Origin: Lingula anatina
Taxonomy: Eukaryota; Animalia; Brachiopoda
Assembly (NCBI GenBank): GCA_051362555.1
Contig: CM120642.1
Span: 16,864,001-16,928,000, forward strand
Length of the DNA stretch: 64,000 nucleotides
Direction: 5' to 3'
The position numbers were made by a program, and so were the translations under genes. This document shows, one piece after another, positions 38,901 through 51,298 of the stretch (the first letter of the stretch is position 1; each line of letters opens with the position of its first letter). A model generated the notes under the pieces. It worked only from the letters and a program-made list of their open reading frames with translations. It made no database searches and was not told the DNA's origin.

Positions 38901-41900
38901 AGTCAAGGCATACAACTGCTAATATAAGAAACCTATATTTTCCAGAAATGAACCAACAAAAACAAAAACTAGCCAAGAACCCCATTTTACAAAAGAAAAA
39001 TTAGTTTCTGCTAAGCAAGCTTACGGTAATGTGCCAAGCATGTCGACGGGCCCAGTCAATCCGACCAAAAAAATTATATTATAAAATTAATTTTTCTGGG
39101 CTCAAACATTTAGTCCATACGTCAAAATCATGCGACAGAATTCTTTTCTTGTTCCGATTGTTCGACCACATCGTCGGCAAGACTCGGTACATTTTCAAGC
39201 CAGTCATATAGATGCTGCATGCCGGGCCCTTTGTCAATTGTTGTCCTTTCAATAGCTCTCGTCAATGAGAAAGAAACTATTAACTGAAGATCTAATCTGG
39301 AAGCATGACGTACCTGTCATTTCCTTTGTCCCCGATGACAAAATAGTGTTATAGACTTACAATTTGTGCTAATTAAGCAGACTTGCCCTCGCTGACTGAT
39401 TCATCACGCCCGTAACTGGGGAAGGGGGGGGGGGGTAAAAAAGGTCCATTCTGGATGAAACCAAATATCGACAGTGGGTAGAATACGTCGTAAACACCTT
39501 CATATAGACCATATATAGCGTTTGCTAGCAATAAAAAGTTTGGGAAGAATAAGCAATTTATTTTCAAGTTTAATTGAAATATATATGCAGATGGGGAAAC
39601 GTTCTTGAAGTCAACACCGCAAGATCTTACATTTACTACAATCGACCGAGATCAGCGGGATCCACCGCCCAGACTTCTTGGCGCCAAATACCACGCGCTG
39701 TCAATATCTGACGAACACGTGTAGCTGTTCACCTACATGGATAACTGATTTGTCAACAAGAAAAATGACGTCTTCCTTAACTCCATGAGAGCTTCATAGA
39801 GAGTTCCACTGGATATTTACGTTACCTGTGAGTCACTTTTTATTTCCCCAGATGCATTAAATGTTGATGATATTAAGCGTAATCCACGAAGAACTCCATT
39901 CCTGTGACCCCCCCTCCCCCATAATGGGACCGTCTTCATTAACATGTGGTTTGCGCTATGCTAGACTAGACCAGATAAGACCAGTCTCATTTTGCATGTG
40001 CTCAATGATTCTCGCGTCAAAGTATAAATGCGCTTGTTTTGTGAAAATTATGGCAATTAAATGCTTATTTTACGTTCGGGTTGTATGAGTGAGGTTTTCA
40101 ATATGCACCGTGGTTTGTGCACAGCGAGAGTATATAAGTAAGAAAATCGGAAGAGTGCCAGCAAGATAGGCCTACTGTATGTCTATCGGCACAGGTAGGC
40201 TCCGTATTTTGCCTTTTCTCAATATGTTTTAATATGACATGCTTTTTAAATAAAATACTTATAAGTAATTTGAAGTTACACTGAATTCCGTTTGAGTATC
40301 AGTTGGTATTCTTTGATACGGGTGATTGAGTTTTCTTCTGAAGTACGTCTACGCCTCGACGCTGAGCAAGCCTTGCGGGTTGAAAACAACTGATCTCAAA
40401 AATTAAAAAAAATTTCAATTCGGTTGATTTCAGTTGTCATATTAAAATTCAAATAGGGCGTACGTAGATCACATAATTAGTTTAAGTCTACTAAAGCTAC
40501 CGGTTTCAAATATAAGTGACCGGCCTTTGTTTACAACACCTGTCTCTGGGGAAATACTCGTCCCACTCGTGAAGCGCATCATGAAAATGATCGTAGGTGA
40601 GGGAAATATATAATTAGAAATTATAATTGTCGTCTTTTTTAATGTTAAGTAATGTTAGCACATATTGTACACAGCAAAATAAGATTTTAAAAGGAGGATA
40701 AAACAAGCCTGAAACACGTGTTAGGCGTAAATTGCGGCTTATCTTGCGTAACACTTCCGGTAAAATGCAATACTTCCGGAAAGATGGACGTTTTGGCAGA
40801 TGCCCCTAACAATCCGACGATATCAAAGGTTTCCATTTGCTGTATTTTAATCAATTCGACCAAACTGGCATTTCCATGAAATTAATTAATTAATCTTGGT
40901 CGAATTGTTTGGCATATTACCGTAACAAATTTAGCCACTTAAATTGCTTTCACAAAAAAAAAAAAAAAAAAAAAAAGAGAAAGAGAAAGAAAAATATGCA
41001 AGGGTCGCTTATCTCTCTCTTGAACTAAAAACAATGCCCATGGTCCAAATTTTTATTTTTCTTCAAGGGGATTGAAACTGATTAATATGGCAGCAGCCTG
41101 TTTAGGTATCAGTACTACCCAACTACCAGACTCTGCACCAAAGGATCCAAAATTCACTGGTAGATCAGATCACACCATGGGCGTAACTAGGCATACGCAC
41201 GGATGCACTGTGCGTACAATTTTTTGGCCAACCATGACATTATTTTATATAAATTTAGTGTATTTTTCACGGAATATAACAGAAAATCCTCTGCTTATTA
41301 AAGTCACCTGTATGTACAAATCCTCTGTATCAATTGTATAGGCACAATTGTTCTGACCCCCCCCCCCCCCCCCGCCCCACCCCCCTTGCAAACTGAGGTA
41401 AAACAATGCCTGTAACCTTAACAAGTCCTATCTTAATCGTCCATCTAACTGAAACTTCCTTTACCTCTTAATTGGAGGGTTCAGTGGCCCTCAACTCTTC
41501 TGTACCCTCTTTCTTGAGAATATCTGGCGATATTTATCTCAGGTAAAAATCTGCCTAGGTGTTATTTTCAACCCGGGGGGCACTAGATAAAATCTGGACA
41601 CCAGGTTTAAGAAGGAGCTAGAGAAACAAAGGAAGAATTTTTACCTGCAAAGCTTCAAAGAATTTTGACACTGACTTGACCCAGCTTACCCCTCCAAACT
41701 AACAGGGTGACATGGGTAATTTTTACAAACAAATAATTAAACTTAGATGTATCAGAGCTCTGTCGTGTCGTACAATTGGTTGTTTTTGGGAGCCATGCAT
41801 CCACATGTAAGGTGAATGAAACCGTATGTTACTTCAACTCAGAGGTGGATCCAGGATTATTCGAAGGGGGTTCCACATATGCGAAGTTAGCCTCCTTTTA

Positions 41901-44335
41901 AATAGATATACCGTTCTTGGTAATAAGAATATTGGAACTTTTTTAATTGCGAGCATATTTCTGACTAAATGATGATTTTATTATTAATGGAAATTAAGCT
42001 GCGATGTGTGGTACATATGCTGTAATTACGCTGTCCTTCATCTCTTGCGTTAGTCTACATTTTGCTGGGAATTTTTAAAATCAGTGCGTACAATTTTTAA
42101 AAGTCTGGTTACGCCCCTGCACACTACCCGTTTTCAAGGCATGTATCAGTACGCACTTCACAGTATCATACCCCATGACAAATTTTGTCCGACAACCCCG
42201 AGCTCAAGCTGTCTTCCAGGTATCGCATCTCATTTTTGTTAAGTAAGAGTCATAAGACTACAACAACAGGTGCAGCCGTTGACAAAATCTAATAATTTCA
42301 GTCAACAACATTTGATTCATTTTTTGTTACCAGTAAAAAGATCATTCAGGATCTTTCCATGCCAAGTCTGGTAGGCCTGGGTATGTCAACTACATCAATG
42401 GTGCAGCAATCATCTAAGGACTAAGATAGAGGCTTGATCCAGTATCACAGGGTTTATTACAGTCTGCTATCTGAGTTTAACACACTTAACCAAGCACATA
42501 TTTCACAGAAAAATTTGATGACATTATGGATGAACTGGTACAATTTTTGTATCTAATCATTTCCCCATAATTTTTGTTTCTGTTCATTTGTGATAAATTT
42601 TTTCAAATTAAAAAAGAAATCCAGTATATTGTCCAAAAGTATTTTTATAATCTAGAGGTAAAGAATCACACTTATCAAAACTTCAATTAGTCACGCCAAC
42701 TTTCTCTTTGATGTTTCATGGTATTATTCTGGAAAGACATTAATTCTATAAAGAATGTTATAGTATTGAACAACATTAAAGGGAAAACAACTGTTCATAC
42801 TATATCCATATTCCACAATAAATACACTGTAAACAACTCATAGAAATATAATAAATTCTATTTTACCACTAAAACGGCAGTTAACACAATTATTTTGGAA
42901 TTTGTGCTTGCCAGCTCATCACACTCTGTAATAATCTCTTAAAAGAATATTACAAAAAAGCAACTCTTTTAGAAAAAAAAACAGGGCTCTAACTTTGAAT
43001 GTCGGAATGAATTCATTAACCATTTTCAGCATGGGAAAATCGTCCTTTAGTCCAGAAAAATCCAATTTTTTGGCCAAAATGAACAGTTGTTATCCCTTTA
43101 ATTTAAAAATTGCACCGACCTGTCCTCTCCTAACACCACTCCAAAGCCCACATGTTCAACCCTCTTCAACTTGGGGTCATAATAACCTGCCTTCCTGGCC
43201 GCAGAAAATACAGTCTGAAAGTGGGTGCCCTGCAAACATGAAAAAAATTAGTGATGTTACGTATCTCTATATAACAAAATTTAATTTTGTAGGCAACTTA
43301 AAATGTTCAGTTCCCATGTGAAAGTAAATTGAAATGGGTGGTAAAACAGCAATAATAAAACAAAACTATGTGTGCCCAAATTATCTGGGTTTTTTTCTAC
43401 GGCAGATAAATAAATTGCAGTGAAATTGTATTTTAGTTTACTTTATGACTCTTAAAATTTACACAAATTTCAGCATTTAAATGGTAACACCCAACTTAAA
43501 GTTGCAAATAAATATTATCATGAGTACTTCGCAACCTCTGTGATTATCTTCGCATACCTGTCCAGCATCAACCACGTAGATCAACCAATCACCTTTTTCA
43601 ACAAACAGACGATGTTTTACAGCCGCCATGTCGGACGTGTCGTAGGTATAGCCACCGTCAGATTTCACCAGTGTTAGAGGTATGCTAGAGTCAGGGACAA
43701 ACATTATCTTTCTACCATCATCTATCTCTGTCAAACCTAGAAGCAAATGAAGAAGGTTTAAAAAGATTTTTAATTATCTTAATGAACTAAATTAAATTGA
43801 TTTAAATCTGTCTATCAGGGCCCAGTTTCATCAACACTCTGCAATGCTCTTGACATGGTCTGCAACGCTCTTGACATCATCTTACATAATGAGTAAAAAA
43901 TTGAAGGCTTATTATAGTAACATGCATACTTCCTCAATTCTTTTCTTTTTTTGTAGGAAATTAAAACTCTCTGTACCTTTTGCGTCCAGTTCTTTCACCA
44001 CTTCGCTCATCAAATCTTGATAAAAAGATTCACCTCGCTCCACAATGGATACATCAAGCCGTTGGTATATTTTCTCAAATTCTGAAAAACATAAAAAACT
44101 TGCATCTATACACTAATTTTTTATTTTAATAAAATTGTAACCAAGGATTTGTATATCTATACCGACATACCCTCCACACAGAGAGATTGGGGTTTAAAAG
44201 TATTTTTTAATCTCCTGAATAAACTATGCATATGTACATGTATGTTCATGTGTGTGTGTGTGTGTGTATGTGCATGTATGACTGTTTGTTTAACCCAATC
44301 ATGTTTGTGTTCTGTCTCATCACATCTTGTATTCT

Positions 44336-44402
<67 letters not shown>

Positions 44403-47400
44403 CGCGCACGTGAGTGTAAGTGTGGAAAGTGTCCACATACCCATCCTGGATACATCACATATCAAGTTCCATCCTTTGAGAGAGTCAGGTTCATGGGCCT
44501 GGAGGCTGACAACAGCTGCATATGCACGCTTTTTGAACTCTTCATCATTGTCAAAACGAACCTTGGATTCCTACACAGGGAGAATACTCATGGTTTTTAT
44601 ATGACATATTATATGGGGTACCATATAATGCAAAAAAACTATGTTACAGTAACAGTAACTGACTTAAACAATTTCATCTCGTATGTTATCTACATTCTAA
44701 GTTTCAATTAGGTTTAGCATAACATGCATGACTCTAATTTTTTTATGAGAAATGTGGAATGTTTTTCTTTTTAGACTTAAATGTACTGTCTGAAAACTTC
44801 ATGCACATTAAGCAAATTTTCGAGTGACTTAAAAAGACTCTCCAATGTCAAGGGGCTAAGTTATGCAGATTCTTCTTCAGTTAAACCAGAACTTTAAAAA
44901 AAGTCTCTATGGCACTATCTCAAGTTTTTTTTTAATATATATATATAAAAAGGAATTGTTATTATTGAGAAACTTTTCTGCAGTGAATTAAGAGAAGTGG
45001 TTTGTACAAAATTTCATATTAAAATCACCGGAGACCCAATTTTAATTTCTCAATCAAATTCACCTTGTAGAAGGCCTGCAGATCCCCAATAGGTGGCGAC
45101 ACTGTCAGGTAGTTTGGGAACTTGTCTTTGAGGTGTGCAATCAGCATCCCAAACTGCGTCCCCCAGTCTCCTATGTGATTCAACCTCAGAACATCGTGCT
45201 CTAGAAATTCACACAGACGGCAGATGCTCTCACCAATAATGGTGGACCTAACAAAAGAGATATTCAAAATCATTACATTGTGCCTAAATTAAAATATTTT
45301 AGATACAAGTCTTGAATTGGGAATTTTACATCATTTAGCCTCCCAAAATTTACCATTGTGACACTTGAAAAATTTAGACTATATGCGCTAGCCATCTAGT
45401 ACTAGGGTAGGAGGAAATTATGATTTGGGAAATAATCATAGGAAATCACAGAAAGTTCTACAAAAAAAAGGGGCACTTTATTATCATAAATCCTATATAA
45501 ATGCATACCTCAGATGTCCAACATGCATTTCCTTGGCAATGTTTGGTGAAGAGAAATCAACCACTACTCGCTTCTTTGCTGCTATAACAGGAGGACGCAC
45601 TCCTTTGCCTAGCAAATCTCTCAGCTGCACCGATATGAAATCTTTCTTCAGATGAACATTGATAAAGCCTGGTCCCGCAATTTCAGTCTGCATGATACCA
45701 AAAAAAGGAGGGATATATAATTTGTCTTGTGAATGTGTTTAAGTGAGTTTTAACTTTAAAAATTACGAAAAGTTAATGCTGAGACTGCAATATTTTCCTG
45801 GCATTCCCTTATAACAGGAGTATTAGGCCCATTTCTGATCACGTCAAGTGGTGCACTCAAAGTGATACAGTACTAGTAGGTGCCAGTATACTTTGAGAGA
45901 TTGACAAATTATACTGTTATGTACAACAGGGACAAAACTGTCATTTAAGGACGCCCTCTCATATTTCAGATTTCATATTTCTGCCCTAGCGATTTTGATT
46001 AAAATTGTAAGACAAAATCTTCTTACCATATGAGTAAAAAATATGAAAAAAAAATTGGGGGTCCCCACGCTCGTTTTCGAGAGGTGGCGTCCCGAAAAAC
46101 GCTACGTTTATTACATTGCGTTATATGGGGATTTTGCCAAAATGCCCTTAATTTTGCTGAAAAATGCAAAAATAAAAAATTCTGCCCTAGCGATTTTAAT
46201 TTTATGTGGATATGTTATAGATCTTGGTAGACCTCAAAGAAATTTACAAAAAAATCTGTACCACACCACGCTTGTTTTTGAGCCAGGGCTGCTTGAACAT
46301 CGATTATTTATTAATTTTACATAGGAATCAATGGAAATTTCCTAGCAAATTAAGATAAAGATATTTGTATCATTAGGTTTTTAACTCATACACTTATTAT
46401 GCTTCCATGAAAATTGTATTTATACTTCTCTGCATCAGTTAACCAAATTTCATAAAATTTGCATATCCCATTCATAATAAATAGATAATCAAATGTTGAA
46501 AGTATCAGTTGGATTTCAGTATGCCTCATGGAATGCCGCCATATTGGATTTTTCATAGGCTAGGCAGATGGTCAGCACTAGATCATATACGGCAGCGGGA
46601 CGGAAGTGAGTAATCCAACATGGCGGTCCCTAGTGACGAGATGCTAAGGCTGATAGTCGAATGTTGTAGTGCCGATCAAAACACAGTTCAATTGGTTTTT
46701 TTTATCGTATAATAACTAGGAATATAGCATATAATTTTTATTTACTTTTTAATTTATCTTTTTATTTTTTAATCGTATTATTTATACCTAGGATTTTGTA
46801 AACTTTGCGATTTGAATAAAGTAAATGAGTTCCACCTCCTGCTAGAGTGCAAAGCATATGATTCAATACGTGATCCCTTCAGAGGGCAGCTGTCAGAGTT
46901 CCTACCCCTAGGCGACTTCAGCTTTAATGAACTGTATAATTTTCTTATGGGTGCTCAAGACTTCAATATTCTTAGAATGGTTATGCGTTTTGTAAACAGA
47001 TGCTTCCAACAAAGGGAACAAACCCTCTCTTATAGGGCCTACATTGTACTCTTTTCAGTGTTTGTATTTAAATTCATCGCCTGTAGATTATAATTACACA
47101 TTTTATACATATCACTTTATGAACTCATTTATTAGTATTATTATTATCTAATTGGTATTATCTAATTGGGTCTAAATGCATTTCCACGTCCTGCAAATTT
47201 ACGTATCTGTAGCTGGAGTTGTCTGTTTTACCTCTATGATTGTACTTCGGCCCATTTTTAAACACGTATTCATCTATATCGCATCAAAATCATGTATATT
47301 TATTCATTAACTTGTTTGTACTCTGCTATAGTTAGATGTACTGAGTACTGTCTTTGATTGTACCTTATTTGTGAAGGTGTATCAATAAAGAATGCCTAGG

Positions 47401-50400
47401 GATATAGCATACATGTATATTTTCCTAGATATTTTGCTGTAAAACTACATCCTATAAATGTCTCGGCGGCGCCACTCGGAACTACTCGGATGTCTCCGCA
47501 CTCGACAATAAGTATGGTTAGTATGGAGCTTGCGGAATGAGCCGAGGATTGCCGATTCCGGCGGCGATGGGGGCCGCCATGTTGGATTACTCACTTCCGT
47601 CCCGCTGCCGTATATGATCTAGTGCTGACCCTAGGCAGATTGACCAAAAGCATATTATATCAATCTCATGTGACTTATTTTCATATTCCTTTTTATTTTT
47701 ATTTCTTTTGTTTCTTTATTTTTCTTACTCAGCACTAAAATATGCACTTTATGGTGAGATAGCTGGATAAATTGTTTCCTTTGTATATTAACAATGTATC
47801 AATTTCTTACTATGGTAAGTTAGTCATATTTCTTCTCTATATATGGAAGATGGTGAAAAAAGTATTCATCAACAGACATCTTTGATTATCAGTTTATTTC
47901 TGTTTCATATTATGTTTACAACATGCAATCAAATACATATCAATAGCATATAAATATGCATATTAATTTCAAAATAAAAAAAAAATCATACAATTTTTTA
48001 TTACTTTTATGCATTTTGTTACTCGTGTTTTTTTTTGTGTTTGGATTGATTTCACTGAGAAGAAAATAAAGACCATCTGGACTTTCTCTTTGAAAAGCAA
48101 TTACTAATTCTGATATGTTAACCCTGACAGCCTTATTTTTTTCCCATACACATGGAGAAATTATTTTTTTACAAACAAGGTTTTCTACAGAATTTGGTAA
48201 AGGTTTCACACAGGATTTAGTCAATTGACTGGGATAAAATAAAAAATCAGAAAAAAAGGATTTTCTTCACTTTCATCATTGCAAAAATTAACTAAATTTT
48301 GTAACTCAAGACTATCTTCTAATGCATTATGGGCTGAATAATTTCTGTGAAGTAATAAATTTACAAACTAAAGTCGATCTCTTGTTTATGATTAGGTAAA
48401 TTAGGATAACGTTGGAATAAAGTACACTTTATCTTCTAAAATATACTGTTTATTTTCCTAGCACCAAAAAAGTACTACATGTATCTGCATAAAAACCCTT
48501 GGTCCTCTGTTGTGTGTTTTATGGTTTTGTCCATTTGCACTTTAACAAAACCATTACAAGAATGACGTCGCAACACGCCAGGCGGGTGCACACCTGTTGC
48601 ATCTTTCCTGGAGAGCTGAAAATCGCACTGTTTACAGGTCAAATTGTTCAATAACATACTTAAATTAACAACAAAACGCCATGAGTCTAATTATTTTAAC
48701 TTATTGTGAAAGAAGAGAATTGTTTTCAGCATACAAATCACGGTAACTTGGCCCTGGGTGATCGGAAACCAATGCTGAAGAAGACAATGTCTTGTTGCAC
48801 ACATCGTAACCATGTGACAAATCACCACAATACACTTTGTGGTCAAAATGCAAACCATTGTGATTACTTTCCGTGAGATAAGATCTTGTCACTGCTATAC
48901 AAGCCTCACTATACGCTCTTTTCCATCCCGTCTTCACGTAATTTCTTACATTGCGGCATTTGTAAACAAAGTCGCAAGTGGGTACTTTACATCGTAAAAG
49001 ACCAAGCGTTCACAGATACGCAACGTTGACATATGTTGACATATTCGTATCGCTTCGACCAAAATAACATCAAAGGTTTCATACTGATTTCTTAAAAGGG
49101 TGAATTACGTATTTTATTGCATGTTATATGTTTATCATTAACCGCTATCGCAAAAAACTACTCATGCGCGAAATCTGCGCAGATCGCAAATAAAGCTAAT
49201 ATGAGAGGACGTCCTTAATGAAAAGGTCTGAAAATATGGCATGAGGTCCAGGGGACCTCTAAATCAATCTCAAAAATGATTTTTTTTTTTTTTTTTTTTT
49301 TGCTCCTGAGAAGTCGAAAAGCTGTTATCCTGTACGAAAATTTGGCCCAATTTCCTATAGGATCCTATAGGATCTTACAGGATCCTATAATTGGTAGTTG
49401 GAAAAAACTCATTGCTGGTACAAATAAGAGAGTCAACCAAATGTTACCCACAATCTTTTTATTACAAGACGATCACGTCAAGACAAATTAACCACTTCAT
49501 TGCCAGCAAGGTGCATGTGAGATCCACTAGTGCTTTGCACTAATGAGAAAAATTCACATTCACCTCACGGACTCTTGGGGCATGTAAATACATAAAGCTT
49601 ACCTTATCTATGAGCTCGTTCTCAGGCAGCTTACCAACTATAGCCTGAGCTATATCCCTGGGGGAAGCCTTCTGACCCTGGGACTTCAGTATCTGAAGAT
49701 CAAGAAGATCAATCTTATATACTGTATATCCTTTGTCATAATATTATTGATTGCGTGACGGTGCTGGTAGCTTGATTAGGTCTAACTGTGGGTTTTCCTG
49801 TTGTCTGAGATGATAGGTGGTGTTTTTCCTCTTCATATTAGCCCTGATTGACTTTGTTTATTATTAATATTATTATTGTGGCGAGTTTGTGATTGGAATT
49901 GTTTCCCTGGAATAAATGGGTTAGAATTTTTTTCCCTAAAATTAATGCTTATACGGTATGTGCATATTAAAAAAAAAAAAAAGAGCAATGGTATATGTAT
50001 GTTGAATATAAATAAACTGAAGAGAAAAAAAAAAGACGACGAAACTTTATTTTAATGAAGAAAGTTTATTTTCCCTTGTGTCTCGTTTCAGGTGACAGTG
50101 AATGGTCCCTGGATCGCCGTGCCTGTGTCATCGCCTCCGACCCACCGCCTGCCGCGTATCCAAGGCTGAGGGTTTCCAGCGCTTCGAACCATTAGACCTA
50201 TCAGTCCTGCGTCCTGGAACCCAAGTAACTATACAGCCGAGAGTGGTGGACCCCGCTGTTTTACCGATGATGCCATTGAAAGACTAAACACTAAAAGACT
50301 CAAATGAATTTTAAAGACTTTAAAATATAAGGCGCTCATTTTCCCGGTTTCCAGAGCTATTTTTCCCTAAATTGATAAAGAAAGATATGAATTAAAGGGT

Positions 50401-51241
50401 TTTATCTCTGGTTTTCCTCCGGGCCTGTCTGTAACGTGTTCTTTTATTAACATGCTTCGCTTTGTATATATGTTGTAAATATAATGTAGAGTGAATGTCT
50501 CCAACGTGGTAAATGAAAAAAAAAAATGTATTTTTTTTTCTGGTAAAAAGGGAAGGCGTGTAGTGTTCACAAATATAATTCCCGGACATGTAAATTAATT
50601 TGATTAGAGTCGATTGCTTGTGCACTCGACTCGTTTTATGGCCTTACTTGAAGTCATGTAACTTAAGTGGACGTGTGCAATTTGAATAATTAAAATTAGT
50701 ATGTACCGCCAAATACTGCAGCACAGAATCCACCTATAGATAAGAAATACCTATAAAAGACGTCTAGAAATAATATTGGGGGACAGACTGAAGAATACTC
50801 GAAGGAGACCGCTCGACGGAGCTATGGAAGACGGCCTTGAGCTGGGAGACTTCACGTAGATGATGTAGTTAGACAGAGTCAACTAATAAACCATCAAACT
50901 GGTCATTATGTGGACTTGGGTTTTCTTTGCGCGACCTCACGTAAAGCTGACACGAACCGTGGAATTTCGAATTGCGTTATCCACTACGTAAGTCTAAAAC
51001 GTAATGTCCTATTTCGAGCCCACGCTTGAATTAATCGTTCTAAATTATATAAGTTTAGGACATTCATCTCATATGTATATGTAAAGGGACATAACATGGT
51101 GTGAATTTATTAGATATTCAATGTTTCAGTTCTCTGTCTTGGTTTTTTAGTAAGCTTTGTCAGAAACAAATAAAATTTTCAGCTGATACAAAGGGCTACT
51201 TATATTAAAATGCAAATTCCAATTTAAAAACTTCACCAATT

Positions 51242-51298
<57 letters not shown>

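Larger units (their letters stand above)
45949..49214. mobile_element. 3.3 kb TTAA-TSD DNA transposon (Kolobok-like), degenerate
   Basis: TTAA|GGACGCCCTCTCATATT ... AATATGAGAGGACGTCC|TTAA. Cys-rich ORF remnants on the minus strand at 48475-48937. Confidence 0.82.

Noticed and set aside
49353-49390. Short palindromic repeat (GGATCCTATA)n
   Set aside because: Only 3-4 units; likely a decayed repeat fragment with no supportable function.
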